The notes: generated from the sequence alone by a model not told the origin. Counted from the first letter of the whole stretch, positions 39,191-49,479 are shown. The stretch is 61,278 nt of DNA, filler included, from an uncultured bacterium (GCA_964371695.1; 9 parts of 9 records of this genome joined end to end with filler, not necessarily neighbours in it); one strand, 5' to 3'. Translations and numbers: made by a program.

Positions 39191-40878
39191 CGGCTCCAGA
39201 AACGCCGCGCCCGGAGCAGGCTCGTGCCCCACAACAACAACAGGCCGCCAAAAATCAGGTGGCCGTATTGAAAGCTGAAAAACCATTTGGGTTGATCCAG
39301 CGACAGCAGCACCACCGCCCCCACCCCCAGCGCCCCCAGCAGAAATCCCAGGCGGTTGAGCAGGTGGCTCTGCACGCGCATCTGTTTTTCCAGCCGCGTC
39401 ATGGCCTCGGTGTCGCGCACCCCCACCACCAGATGCCCCTTGCCCAGTTCCCGGAGCAGCTTGTGGGTCAGGCGCGGCATTTCCATCAAAAAATCCCGGC
39501 TTTCCACCAGCAGGCGCGCCCCCATGCCCCGCATGTCCTCACCCCCCAGTTCGCGCCGCAGCAACATGCGGGCCGCCGGCTGGGCCACGGTCATCAGGTC
39601 AAAGGCCGGGTCCAGCAACCGGCCCAGGCCTTCCAGTGTGATCAGCGTCTTGTCCATCACCGCAAACTCGCCCGGCAGCGTCACCTGATACCGAAAGCTC
39701 AGGTCCATGAGTTCGGGAATCAACAGGTCCAGGCGAATCTGTCCCAGTTTCTGGCCGCTGAAGCGCATGATGATCTTGCCCACTTCGCGGGCGAGTTTTT
39801 CGCGGTCGGTGTCGGGGTGGATGGTGGTGATTTCATCCAGCACTTCCACAAAAGTCTGGGCGTCTTTGTTCACGATGGCGGTGAAATAGCGGGCCATGGC
39901 CTTGCGCATGGCGTTGTCCACAATGCCCACCATGCCAAAATCAATCAGCGCGACACGCCCGTGGCCCACCACAAAAATGTTGCCGGGGTGCGGGTCGGCG
40001 TGAAAAAACCCGTCGATGAGAATCTGCTTGATGTAACTGTCGCCGATGATTTCTGCGAGTTCGGAGAGGTTGTAATCCTGGCTTTTGAGGCGATCAATGT
40101 CGTTGAGCCGGATGCCCGTGATGCGCTCCATGGTGAGCACGCGGGGGGTGGTGTAATCCCAATAAATCTGGGGGATGTGAATGCGCGGTTCGTTTTCAAA
40201 ATTCTTGCGAAACCGGTCGGCGTTCTGGGCTTCGTAGGTGTAATCCATCTCGTTGCGGATCACTGCGTCGAACTCCTCCACGCGCTCCACCAGGTTATAA
40301 CGCCGCGCCCATTCAAAATAACGCTCCAGCCGCTGGCACAGGCGGCGCATGATGTCCACGTCGCTTTCGATCATCACCCTTATGCCCGGCCGCTGCACCT
40401 TCACCACCACGTCGTTGCCGCTGCGGTGTACCTGACCGATGCTGGCGCTCGCGAGCGGGCGTTCCTCGAAGGTTTCAAAAATCTCCTCCAGCGGCTTGCC
40501 CATTTCGCGCTGGATGATGGCCTCGATTTGTGCGAAGGGAAACGGCGAAACGGTGTCCTGCAATTTTTTCAGTTCCGACAACACCTCGCGGGGCAGGATG
40601 TCTGGCCGGGTGCTGAGCACCTGGGCGGCCTTGACATAGGTGGGGCCGAGTTCTTCGACACTCTTGCGGATTAACGCCGCCACCGGCTGGCGGTGGCCGG
40701 TGGTCTCCAGATCGCGCCGCACGCGGCCCGGCAGAAACTTGTTCAGCTCCCAGTAATCCAGCGTGTAGGCCATCATGTTTTTGGCCAACACCCAGCCCAC
40801 CACCATCAGCCGCCGGAAGTTACGCACGGGCCGGGGCACCAGCCTGTCAAACCACGAAGGCAGGGCGATGTTTTTCAT
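39187..40878 (-). CDS. AarF/ABC1/UbiB-family atypical kinase
   Basis: LGPTYVKAAQVLSTRPD, LASASIGQVH, VVKVQRPG, VLTME, GFFHADPHPGN, IDFGMVG; two C-terminal TM helices. Confidence 0.93.
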   Translation of the reverse strand: MKNIALPSWFDRLVPRPVRNFRRLMVVGWVLAKNMMAYTLDYWELNKFLPGRVRRDLETTGHRQPVAALIRKSVEELGPTYVKAAQVLSTRPDILPREVLSELKKLQDTVSPFPFAQIEAIIQREMGKPLEEIFETFEERPLASASIGQVHRSGNDVVVKVQRPGIRVMIESDVDIMRRLCQRLERYFEWARRYNLVERVEEFDAVIRNEMDYTYEAQNADRFRKNFENEPRIHIPQIYWDYTTPRVLTMERITGIRLNDIDRLKSQDYNLSELAEIIGDSYIKQILIDGFFHADPHPGNIFVVGHGRVALIDFGMVGIVDNAMRKAMARYFTAIVNKDAQTFVEVLDEITTIHPDTDREKLAREVGKIIMRFSGQKLGQIRLDLLIPELMDLSFRYQVTLPGEFAVMDKTLITLEGLGRLLDPAFDLMTVAQPAARMLLRRELGGEDMRGMGARLLVESRDFLMEMPRLTHKLLRELGKGHLVVGVRDTEAMTRLEKQMRVQSHLLNRLGFLLGALGVGAVVLLSLDQPKWFFSFQYGHLIFGGLLLLWGTSLLRARRFWSR

Positions 40879-40941
40879 GGTGTCACCCTGGGGCCGGGGC
40901 GGATATGCAACTGGGGCCCCACCGGCGAAAACCGGCTGGGC

Positions 40942-41041
40942 NNNNNNNNNNNNNNNNNNNNNNNNNNNNNNNNNNNNNNNNNNNNTTAATTAATTAANNN
41001 NNNNNNNNNNNNNNNNNNNNNNNNNNNNNNNNNNNNNNNNN
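40942..41041. other. Artificial contig spacer
   Basis: N44-TTAATTAATTAA-N44. Confidence 0.98.
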
Positions 41042-41778
41042 GCCTGAAGCCCCGGCACGTCGCCCCGGTTCAGGGGTTCCTCCAACCAGGTGATGTTGTA
41101 GTCCTCCATCTTCTGGGCAAAACGCGTGGCCAGGTCCAGGTTCCAGTGGGGGTTGGGCGACACGATGGAAACGGGCCAGCCCTGGTTGGCGTCCACCATC
41201 AGGGGGTAATCGTCTCCCGCCGCCTTTCGGGCCGACTCCACCTGGGCGCACATGGCGTCCAGATTGGTGTCCTTCACCCGCAGTTTCAGCGCTTTGAACC
41301 CCTGGGCCCGGCGCTCGCCGATGATGCGGGCGTTTTCCACCGGCTCGTGGGGGGTGCCGGTGCTGCAATAAGCGGTCACCTTGCCGCCCTCGCCGCCCAG
41401 CAGCATCCACACCGGTTTGCCCATGGCCTTGCCCGCGATGTCCCAAAAGGCCGCGTCCATCCAGCCGTTGCGCAGGCCGATATAACTCATCTCCTGAATC
41501 CGCTGGTTCACCATGCCCATGTCCAGCGGGTTCAGGCCAATCAGATAGGGGGCCACCATCTTGGCCATGCTGGCGCGTTCTGCGCCAATGGAGTTCATGG
41601 CGGACACGCCCTCCAGGCCGCTGTCGGTTTTCAGCCGCACCAGATAAAAACTCATGTGGGTCTGGGGATAACCGGGAATCCACGAGGGATAAAACCGGGC
41701 GGGCACGGCAAAAAAACCGGCTTCATTCTGCTGAAGCGGCATTTTCACCAGCCAGAACTCAAGGGAGGTGATTTTCAT
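41042..41778 (-). CDS. Mandelate racemase/muconate lactonizing enzyme family (3' truncated)
   Basis: LVRLKTDSGLEG, DAAFWDIAGKAMGKPVWMLLGG, GFKALKLR, LMVDANQGW, WLEEPL. Confidence 0.9.
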
Positions 41779-41791
41779 ACGAACAGCTTAA

Positions 41792-41940
41792 CAGGGTGTT
41801 GAGAAAGTCCCTCCTGGCCTTTCTCAACCCATTTTGCTCAAGCAAAGCTCTCGCAAAATGGCGCTTTTGCAGGGGTTTTTGGAACCCCTGCAAGCGGAAA
41901 AATCCATCCATGGATTTTCAGGGTGTTTATCAACACCCTG
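41792..41940. mobile_element. MITE (149 bp) with 15-bp TIR and TTAA target-site duplication
   Basis: TTAA|CAGGGTGTTGAGAAA ... TTTATCAACACCCTG|TTAA (1 mismatch); no ORF; AT-richer interior. Confidence 0.8.
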
Positions 41941-42028
41941 TTAATCAACCCTCAACGCTGCTGTCCAGACATGGATGTCACTTTATTTATGTCGCTGTGT
42001 ATATAAACAGGTTCAAAGAGGTGGTGAC

Positions 42029-43192
42029 ATGAAGTGGATCACCTACAACTTTCCGCTGAAGCTGGTGAGCGTGTTGCTGGCGCTGGGGTTCTGGATGTAC
42101 GTGGCGGTGGAGGTGGACAGCGACGTGAACCGCACGCTGAGCCGCACCGTGGCGGTGCGGGGTCTGGCGGCGGGCCTGACGGTGTCGGGCGAGGCCAACC
42201 CCCAGGTGGAGGTGAGTTTTAACACCAAGGGCCGCGTGGCCCGGCGGCTGAAGGCCGAAGACGTGGTGGTGTGGGCCGACGCCCGCCTGCTGCGTCACCC
42301 CGGCGAATGGGCGCGGCTGCCGGTGATGGCCCAGGCCCCTTTTTCGCGCATCGTGCGGGTGGCCCCCGACACGGTGCTGGTGAAGGTGGACAGGCTGGCG
42401 CGGCGCGAACTGGCCGTGCAACTGGTTTTCAAGGGCCGCCTGAGCCGGGTTTATGAACTGGGCGGCGCGGCGCTGAGTCCCTCGCAGGTCACCGTCACCG
42501 GCCCCGCCACGCTGGTGAACAGAATCCAGTCCGTCCGTCTGACGGCGGATAAATCCCGGCTGGAACAAACCCCCCACATGCCCCTCAGCCCCAGGCTGGT
42601 GGGCCTCTCGCCCCAGCAGGCGGGCCGTGTGGTGCTCGTGCCGGCCACCGTGTGGCTCAGCTCGCAACTCATTCCCCGTCAGGCCCTGCGCGAGGCCCCG
42701 GTGTCGGTCATCACCCAGGGCCAGCCCCCGGCGGGCTGGCGGCTGGCGGGGCTGAAAAGCACCCCCCAGATGGTGCGGCTCTCTGGCCCGGCGCTGTCTC
42801 TGAAGGGGTTGAGCTTTGTCAATACGCGGCCCGTGGACCTTGGGGGCAGGCGGGAGGATTTCACCATGGCCGCCGCCCTGGACCTGCCCCCCGGCGTGAG
42901 TGTGCTGCCGGGGCCGGTGGTGAGCGTGTCGGTGAGTCTGGAGCCGCTTTATCCCAGCCGCGAGCTGGAGGTGCCCGTGCCCCACACCTTTGGCCCCACG
43001 CGCCCCGCCACCGTGCGGGTGCGGGCCTGGGGCCCCGCCGAGGCCCTGGAGCGGTTGGGCGTGGCGGATTTTGAGATTAAGCTGTCGCCGTCTGAAAGCG
43101 GCCAGGCCGCCGTGGCCGTGAGCGCTGCGGGCGGCGCGCCGGTGGTCCACGCCGTGGTCAAACCCGGCCATGTGAAATTGTTGGAAAATTAA
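42029..43192 (+). CDS. cdaR: CdaR/YbbR-like domain protein
   Basis: NFPLKLVSVLLALGFWMYV anchor; repeated YbbR units (PSQVTVTGP, PQMVRLSGP, PATVRVRAWGP); GAGGTG RBS. Confidence 0.85.
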   Translation: MKWITYNFPLKLVSVLLALGFWMYVAVEVDSDVNRTLSRTVAVRGLAAGLTVSGEANPQVEVSFNTKGRVARRLKAEDVVVWADARLLRHPGEWARLPVMAQAPFSRIVRVAPDTVLVKVDRLARRELAVQLVFKGRLSRVYELGGAALSPSQVTVTGPATLVNRIQSVRLTADKSRLEQTPHMPLSPRLVGLSPQQAGRVVLVPATVWLSSQLIPRQALREAPVSVITQGQPPAGWRLAGLKSTPQMVRLSGPALSLKGLSFVNTRPVDLGGRREDFTMAAALDLPPGVSVLPGPVVSVSVSLEPLYPSRELEVPVPHTFGPTRPATVRVRAWGPAEALERLGVADFEIKLSPSESGQAAVAVSAAGGAPVVHAVVKPGHVKLLEN

Positions 43193-43208
43193 TCCCACGG
43201 AGCCTCCC

Positions 43209-43787
<579 letters not shown>

Positions 43788-43815
43788 TACCAAGATTTCC
43801 AGTCCATTTTTTGGA

Positions 43816-43839
43816 GTAGGCGCGGTGTCCCCACCGCGC
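43816..43839 (+). repeat. Single GTAG REP variant
   Basis: GTAG-GCGCGGTG-TCCC-CACCGCGC, a compensatory variant of GTAG-GTGCGGTG-TCCC-CACCGCAC. Confidence 0.8.
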
Positions 43840-43871
43840 ACAACCCACAAGAAAATCAAGGGTTTTTGCCT

Positions 43872-44441
43872 TCAGCTCTCCAGCCTCACCCGGCCATCCT
43901 GCAGCACATAGTGGTCGTCGCCTTCGTGGGCGTGGCCGCTGGCGTCGAAGTGCAGGCGTTCGCCGGTGCGGCTCATCCAGCCAATCTGCCGGGCCGGGTT
44001 GCCCACCATCAGGGCAAAGTCGGGCACGTCGCGGTTCACCACCGCGCCCGCGCCAATAAAACAGAACGCCCCCAGTGAAACGCCGCACACGATGGTGCAG
44101 TTGGCCCCCAGCGTGGCCCCGCGCCCCACCACCGTGGGGCGATATTCGTTTTTGCGCACCACGGCGCTGCGGGGGTTGTACACATTGGTGAACACGCAGC
44201 TGGGGCCGAGAAAGGCGTCGTCTTCCACCACCACGGCGTCGTACACGCTCACGTTGTTCTGAATCTTCACGCCGTTGCCGATGCGCACCGCGCCGCCCAC
44301 CACCACGTTCTGGCCCAGGCTGCACCGCTCGCCGATCACCGCACCCGGCAACACGTGGCAGAAGTGCCATATCTTGGTGCCCTTGCCAATCACGGCCCCT
44401 TCATCCACATAACTGGACTCATGCACGAAATAGTCACTCAT
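43872..44441 (-). CDS. wbpD: WbpD/WlbB-like hexapeptide N-acetyltransferase (diacetamido uronic acid synthesis)
   Basis: [61 protein letters not shown]. Confidence 0.9.
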   Translation of the reverse strand: MSDYFVHESSYVDEGAVIGKGTKIWHFCHVLPGAVIGERCSLGQNVVVGGAVRIGNGVKIQNNVSVYDAVVVEDDAFLGPSCVFTNVYNPRSAVVRKNEYRPTVVGRGATLGANCTIVCGVSLGAFCFIGAGAVVNRDVPDFALMVGNPARQIGWMSRTGERLHFDASGHAHEGDDHYVLQDGRVRLES

Positions 44442-44454
44442 CTGAGTCCACCTT

Positions 44455-45159
44455 TTAGGGGAGGCCCTTAATTTCATAGTGAAGACGGTCAAAATCATTG
44501 CGCCTGAAGATTCCGAAAGCCGCGAGTTCCTTGTCCAGGCAGTCATGATCAAAGTCCCCATCTTTTGTCAAAAAATACAATTTTTGGGCGGGATTTGCCC
44601 ATTCTAAATTTGTCTTTCCAAAAGCGATAAGATATTCAAAGATAATGCAGTCTTTCATGCCCTTGTCAGGACTGTCTGGCGGATCTCCGCGCCGATATCT
44701 GACCATGCCAGCATGGTTTATTTCGAGACTTTCTTGGATTCTGCGGATGCCACGCACTTGGTTTGTTTTGAGTTTGTCGATGAGTGTTGAACGGTTATAC
44801 TCCAAAATGGACAAATTGTTTTCGGCTAATTTTGTGAGTTCCTGTATTTGATCTCCGATGGCTGCAAAACTGGGATATTCCGCGCCTTCTCTGAGGTTTA
44901 CAGAGATTCGCTTAAGCTCTTTTGAAGCACCGTCTTTTGAGCACAGAGAGACTAGATTTGAACGCAATTTTGGAATATATTTTTTTGATGTCCCTTCAAA
45001 TTCTGAAAGAACGAAGTCGAAGAGAATTATCTCGACAAGGCCTTGCTCTGCCAATGCAAGCAAATCTCCAGCCGCCGACTGGCCGCCAGTTCGTCGGTCA
45101 TCCCTTCCAAGCCAAAGATCCACTAAAAAGTTGGTGTCGATAATCAATAAGGGAGTCAT
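44455..45159 (-). CDS. PIN-domain protein (DUF4935-like), AT-rich
   Basis: PIN acidic residues in [27 protein letters not shown]. Confidence 0.78.
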   Translation of the reverse strand: MTPLLIIDTNFLVDLWLGRDDRRTGGQSAAGDLLALAEQGLVEIILFDFVLSEFEGTSKKYIPKLRSNLVSLCSKDGASKELKRISVNLREGAEYPSFAAIGDQIQELTKLAENNLSILEYNRSTLIDKLKTNQVRGIRRIQESLEINHAGMVRYRRGDPPDSPDKGMKDCIIFEYLIAFGKTNLEWANPAQKLYFLTKDGDFDHDCLDKELAAFGIFRRNDFDRLHYEIKGLP

Positions 45160-45169
45160 GTAAACAAGT

Positions 45170-45595
45170 TCATCTCTCTTGCTGATTCCGCATCTTGTGT
45201 GCTTCCAGTCTCAATAAGTTTCGTGCGACGGCTGGCGCATCATCGGGGCCAGTTTCAGATCTTGCGAAATCATACCAAATCAGGCGTCCCTTTATGGAAT
45301 TTCCGACCTGGGCAAGACAAAGACCGTAATATAAATTCGGCTCTGTAACGTCAGGCACAACACGTTTAACGTCAGATGTAACTGGCTTTATAAGAGACGC
45401 TTCCAGGGCCTCTGCCAGGTCATTTGTTAAAATTTCCCGGGACGCATTTAGTTTTTCAGGAAGCGTCTGTAATTCATCATGGCCAATATATGCTCGGGCG
45501 TGGTGCTGTCCATTTACCTCCAGCTCCAGAAACAATTCTTGATCGTTGGATTTGTCAAGAATCTGCCAATCTATGGTCCCGCTCAGCGTCTCCAC
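45170..45595 (-). CDS. Hypothetical acidic protein (141 aa), AT-rich, co-oriented with the PIN gene
   Basis: Open frame ending 10 nt before the PIN start; promoter directly upstream; no family recognised. Confidence 0.65.
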   Translation of the reverse strand: METLSGTIDWQILDKSNDQELFLELEVNGQHHARAYIGHDELQTLPEKLNASREILTNDLAEALEASLIKPVTSDVKRVVPDVTEPNLYYGLCLAQVGNSIKGRLIWYDFARSETGPDDAPAVARNLLRLEAHKMRNQQER

Positions 45596-45604
45596 GATAA
45601 ACGT

Positions 45605-45633
45605 ATTCTAGTGCCAATGACGAAAGCAATCAA
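45605..45633 (-). promoter_or_regulatory. Putative promoter of the two-gene cassette
   Basis: TTGATT-17 nt-TAGAAT, 9 nt before GTG 45595. Confidence 0.6.
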
Positions 45634-45668
45634 GGCTTTGGAGGAAATAAAAATGTCTGGAAAGACCC

Positions 45669-46697
45669 TCACCCCAGGTCCACCGGCTGGCCGTTCTGTT
45701 TCAGGCTGAGGCTGAGGGCCTCCAGAATCCGCACCACGTTCAGGCCGTCCACGCCGTCTGACAAGGGCGCGGCGCGGTCGTGCAGGCGGTCTACAAAATG
45801 TTGCAGCTCAATCAGCAGCGGCTCGCCGCCGGGGGTTTTGGGAATCACGATGTCGCCGGAGCGGATGCTCATGCCTTCCATCACGCCGGTGGCGCCGGGC
45901 ATCTCGCGGATGTCCACGCCCTTGTGATAGAGCCGCACCTTTTCGCCGCCGGACATGTCGTCGAAATGCACCATGGCCTTGGGCCCCACGATGGTCATGC
46001 GGCGCTCTTTGTGAGGGTCCAGCCAGCTCACCTGAATATGGGCCATGCGCCCGCTGGGAAAAGTGAGCGACGAAAACACCACGTCTTCAATGCCCGGTTG
46101 CAGATAGGCGTGGCCCGTGGCGCTCACGCGGCAAGGGGTTTCGCCAAACAGCCACAGCACCACGCTGATGTCGTGGGGGGCTAGGCTCCACAGGGCGTTT
46201 TCTTCGGTGCGGATCACCCCCAGGTTCACCCGCTGGTTATACATATAGAGCACGTCGCCCAGGGTTCCCTCATCAATGATTTTTTTGATGAAGGCAAGCG
46301 CGGGGTGATATTTCAGCAGGTGGCCCACCATCAGCACACGGCCCCCGGCCCGTGCGGCCTGCACCATTTTTTCCGCCCCTGCCGTTGTGAGCGCCATGGG
46401 TTTTTCCACGTACACGTCCTTGCCCGCCGCCAGGGCTGACAGGCCCAGGGCCTCGTGGGTGGGGCTGGGGGTGGCGATGAGCACGGCGTCGAGCGTGTTG
46501 TCGGCCAGGGCCTCGGCGAGGTCGCCGGTGAAACGGGCGTCCTTGAACCGCCCCCGCTGGGCGCTCTGGCGTTTTTCGTCGCGGTCTACCACCCAGGCGA
46601 CAGTGGCGTTTTTGAGCTTGGCGGCGGCGGCGGCGATGTTGCCGCCCCAGCCCCCTACGCCCACCAGGGCAAGACGTTTGTTGGCGAGTTCAGACAT
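45669..46697 (-). CDS. Gfo/Idh/MocA oxidoreductase (WbpB/WlbA-like sugar dehydrogenase)
   Basis: VGVGGWG, IATPSPTH, VYVEKPMA, MVGHLLKYHP, ENALWSLAPHD, VSWLDPHKER; upstream of wbpD. Confidence 0.88.
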   Translation of the reverse strand: MSELANKRLALVGVGGWGGNIAAAAAKLKNATVAWVVDRDEKRQSAQRGRFKDARFTGDLAEALADNTLDAVLIATPSPTHEALGLSALAAGKDVYVEKPMALTTAGAEKMVQAARAGGRVLMVGHLLKYHPALAFIKKIIDEGTLGDVLYMYNQRVNLGVIRTEENALWSLAPHDISVVLWLFGETPCRVSATGHAYLQPGIEDVVFSSLTFPSGRMAHIQVSWLDPHKERRMTIVGPKAMVHFDDMSGGEKVRLYHKGVDIREMPGATGVMEGMSIRSGDIVIPKTPGGEPLLIELQHFVDRLHDRAAPLSDGVDGLNVVRILEALSLSLKQNGQPVDLG

Positions 46698-46787
46698 GGC
46701 GGGGATTGTAACGGCTGTGGCCGCCGGGGCGCGGGTTGAATAAATCCACGGAGGGATTTATGAGATAAGTTCTAGGATTGCCCTGGC

Positions 46788-47579
46788 ATGAAATCGCGTT
46801 TTTCACTGGTGCGGCCGGATTATCTGTTTGGGGATCACAATCTGGCCGCCCGCCGTCTGGCCAAGCTGCACGAGGTGTTCGCCGCCAGTTCGCGTCAGTT
46901 TCTGTTGCAGTGTGGCCCCCGGTGTGGCGCGCTTGGGGTGGACCTGGGCTGCGGCGTGGGACACACCACCGAGCTTTTGCGCCGCACGCTGCAACCTGCA
47001 GAAACCCTTGGGCTGGACACAAGCGCACCTTTTCTGGAGCGGGCGCTTTCCAAATATCGCCGCTGCCAGTTTGCCCTGGCCGACGCCGCCCTGCCGCTGC
47101 CCGTGGTCGGCGCGGACGTGTTGTATGCCCGTTATCTGCTGGCGCACCTGCCCGGCCCGGCGGCGGTGCTGGGGCGGTGGCTGCGGAGCCTCCAACCCGG
47201 CGGCCTGCTGCTGCTGGAGGAAAACTTCGCCATTCACACACAAAACCCCACTTTTGCCCTTTATATGAACACCATCGGCCAGGTCATGTCCCGCCGGGGG
47301 CAGTCGTTGTATCTGGGGGGTTTTCTGGAGGGACTGACGCCGGAAGGGGCCGCGCCGCCCGCTTGTCGGCGCACGTCCGTGGCGGTGGATGCCCCCGTGT
47401 CGGCGGAACTTTTCGCCATGAATTTCGCCGCATGGAAAGACAGCGCCCGCGACGTGGCCACGGGTGAAACACTGGCGCGGCTGGAACAGGAACTGTCGGA
47501 TTTGTCGCAAAGCCCGGATGCCCCCAGCCTGACGTTCGAACTCTCGCAGGTGGTTTTTGTCAGATTGGGTGGGGCGTGA
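46788..47579 (+). CDS. Class I SAM-dependent methyltransferase
   Basis: YLFGD...AARRL, VDLGCGVG, GLDTS, YARYLLAHL, LQPGGLLLLEE. Confidence 0.85.
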   Translation: MKSRFSLVRPDYLFGDHNLAARRLAKLHEVFAASSRQFLLQCGPRCGALGVDLGCGVGHTTELLRRTLQPAETLGLDTSAPFLERALSKYRRCQFALADAALPLPVVGADVLYARYLLAHLPGPAAVLGRWLRSLQPGGLLLLEENFAIHTQNPTFALYMNTIGQVMSRRGQSLYLGGFLEGLTPEGAAPPACRRTSVAVDAPVSAELFAMNFAAWKDSARDVATGETLARLEQELSDLSQSPDAPSLTFELSQVVFVRLGGA

Positions 47580-47607
47580 CCCGCCCCGTGTTTTTTTTGC
47601 CGGTTGG

Positions 47608-47693
47608 CAGTGGGGTGGGCGTCCCGCCCGCCAGAAAAAATGGACAAAAAACCATATTTATTTAAATGGCGGGCGAGGACGCCCGCCCCACTG
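47608..47693. repeat. Inverted GTGG-REP doublet with AT-rich spacer
   Basis: CAGTGGGGTGGGCGTCCCGCCCGCCA ... TGGCGGGCGAGGACGCCCGCCCCACTG. Confidence 0.8.
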
Positions 47694-47728
47694 AAAGAAA
47701 ACAGAAAAAGGTGTGGCCTTTTTGCTTC

Positions 47729-47828
47729 NNNNNNNNNNNNNNNNNNNNNNNNNNNNNNNNNNNNNNNNNNNNTTAATTAATTAANNNNNNNNNNNNNNNN
47801 NNNNNNNNNNNNNNNNNNNNNNNNNNNN
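47729..47828. other. Artificial contig spacer
   Basis: N44-TTAATTAATTAA-N44. Confidence 0.98.
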
Positions 47829-47887
47829 GGGGGGCGGGGGAACAGGCTGGGCAGAAAGAATCAGACTTTTTTCAAAAGTTCTCTTTC

Positions 47888-47952
47888 CCCCTCACCCGCC
47901 TCAGATTTCGCTTCGCTCAACCTTCGGCTGCCCTCTCCCTCAGGGAGAGGGC
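47888..47952. repeat. CCCTCACCC...CCCTCTCCC-GGGAGAGGG palindromic repeat
   Basis: GCCCTCTCCC-TCA-GGGAGAGGGC hairpin preceded by CCCTCACCC; related fragments near 15-46, 54483-54506 and 54607-54617, all at contig edges. Confidence 0.65.
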
Positions 47953-47997
47953 AAGAAAAAAAGCTCTTATTGCGTCCACGTCTACTCCGAAAATGCT

Positions 47998-48999
47998 CTA
48001 AAGCGTCACGATATTGCCCGGCCCCATGTCCTTGGCCTGCAACAGGGCCCGCTGAGACTTGCGCAGCAATTCATCATGGGTGTTCAACCCCGCCGCCCCG
48101 GCCAAGCCGATGCAAAAGGTGATGCGCAGTTCGTGTTCCTCCACCTTCAGGCTCTGCTCACGGGTCCTCTCCAACATGCGACCCGCCACCACCTGGGCGT
48201 TTTCCACCGGTGTTTCGGGCAGCAACACCCCCACGCTGTCCAGACCAAACCGCCCGGCCATGTCCACGTCGCGGATAGACGCCTGCACGATTTTGCCCAG
48301 CGCCCCAAACACCACGTCCAGCGCCTTGAAGCCGTAACTGTCAGAAATCGTGGCCAGGTGATCCACCTCCACCGCCAGCAGGCACAGGTTGTTTTTATAC
48401 CGCCGGGCCCGCTTGAACTCCCGCTCAGCCATGGTGAAAAAAGCCTGGCGTGTCAGCAGGCCGGTCATGTCGTCGCGGCTGGTGGCCATTTTCAGGCGTT
48501 GTTGCGTCACGGCAATCTGCTGCTCCAGGTGATCCACCCGCGTTTTGGCTTCTTCAAATGCCCCTTGCAGGCGGTGCATCTCGCGGCGGCTGCGGACAAG
48601 GTCTCCCAACAGTGTGGTGCGCAGGATCAGTTCTTCTGCAATAAACGGCTTGGACAGAAAATCATCGGCCCCCGCCGCGATGGCCCGCTGCTTGAGTTCC
48701 AGCTCGCTGCTGCTGGTGATGAGCAGCAGGCCCAGGGGTTCATCGGGATACATCTGCCGCAGCTTGGCGCACAGTTCCTGGCCGTCGATGCCGGGCATCA
48801 CGAGGTCGGACAAAATCACGTCCACCAGCCCCATTTCCTCGATGTATTGCAGGGCGTCCTCACCGCTGGCGACAGTGTTCACCGCCATGCCGTGGCGCGT
48901 GAGCATGTCCTTGGTGGTCACCTGACTGAAACGGCTGTCATCCACCACCAGCACGCGCAGCTTGCCGCCCGTGTTGTCCTTGTTTTGCGTCGCCACCAT
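47998..48999 (-). CDS. Response regulator with degenerate GGDEF domain (REC-coiled coil-GGDEF)
   Basis: VLVVDDS, SDLVMPGIDG, DDFLSKP; DDMTGLLTR; GRFGLDS in place of GGDEF; RDVD I-site. Confidence 0.85.
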   Translation of the reverse strand: MVATQNKDNTGGKLRVLVVDDSRFSQVTTKDMLTRHGMAVNTVASGEDALQYIEEMGLVDVILSDLVMPGIDGQELCAKLRQMYPDEPLGLLLITSSSELELKQRAIAAGADDFLSKPFIAEELILRTTLLGDLVRSRREMHRLQGAFEEAKTRVDHLEQQIAVTQQRLKMATSRDDMTGLLTRQAFFTMAEREFKRARRYKNNLCLLAVEVDHLATISDSYGFKALDVVFGALGKIVQASIRDVDMAGRFGLDSVGVLLPETPVENAQVVAGRMLERTREQSLKVEEHELRITFCIGLAGAAGLNTHDELLRKSQRALLQAKDMGPGNIVTL

Positions 49000-49041
49000 G
49001 AAGAGGGGTCATATTAGCATGGTGAACAAAGGCGCAACGCC

Positions 49042-49479
49042 CTACTTCTCAGCCAGCCACGTTTCCGTGTGGCCCACCTTCACGTTCCAGTCGTGCCACA
49101 GCGCCTGCTGGGGTGCGAAGTGGCACACCAGCACCGCCGGGTGCCCCCACACATTGCCCAGCTTGGGAAACGTTCCCGCCAGGGCCGTCTGGGCCGCCTG
49201 GGCTTCTTCCCCCGCCAACACACGGGCCAGACCCCGCAGTTCCAGCCCCTGAAAAGGGATCTGGAAACCTTCGTCAATCACAAGGCAAAAGGGTTTGTCC
49301 CCCGTCACCAGATGGTGTTTTTCGGAGTCCTTGAACACAAAGAAATAAATGCCGCCGTCTGGCGCGGGCACATAACAGGTGGTGGCGGCATAGGCCCCGG
49401 CCTGGGGCAGGTCGCCGGCAATCACCATGGATTGATGGGTTTTGATCCAGTCGTGGATGGCGGGGGTGAGGGGATTCAT
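49042..49479 (-). CDS. Pyridoxamine 5'-phosphate oxidase-like flavin-binding protein
   Basis: IYFF....SEKH, CLVIDEG....QGLELRGLARVL split-barrel pattern; AAGGA RBS. Confidence 0.65.
   Translation of the reverse strand: MNPLTPAIHDWIKTHQSMVIAGDLPQAGAYAATTCYVPAPDGGIYFFVFKDSEKHHLVTGDKPFCLVIDEGFQIPFQGLELRGLARVLAGEEAQAAQTALAGTFPKLGNVWGHPAVLVCHFAPQQALWHDWNVKVGHTETWLAEK

Noticed and set aside
40405..40440. AarF kinase appears about 4 residues short after GQVHR
   Set aside because: In-frame with all motifs present; it could be natural variation or a small assembly collapse, which cannot be told without reads.
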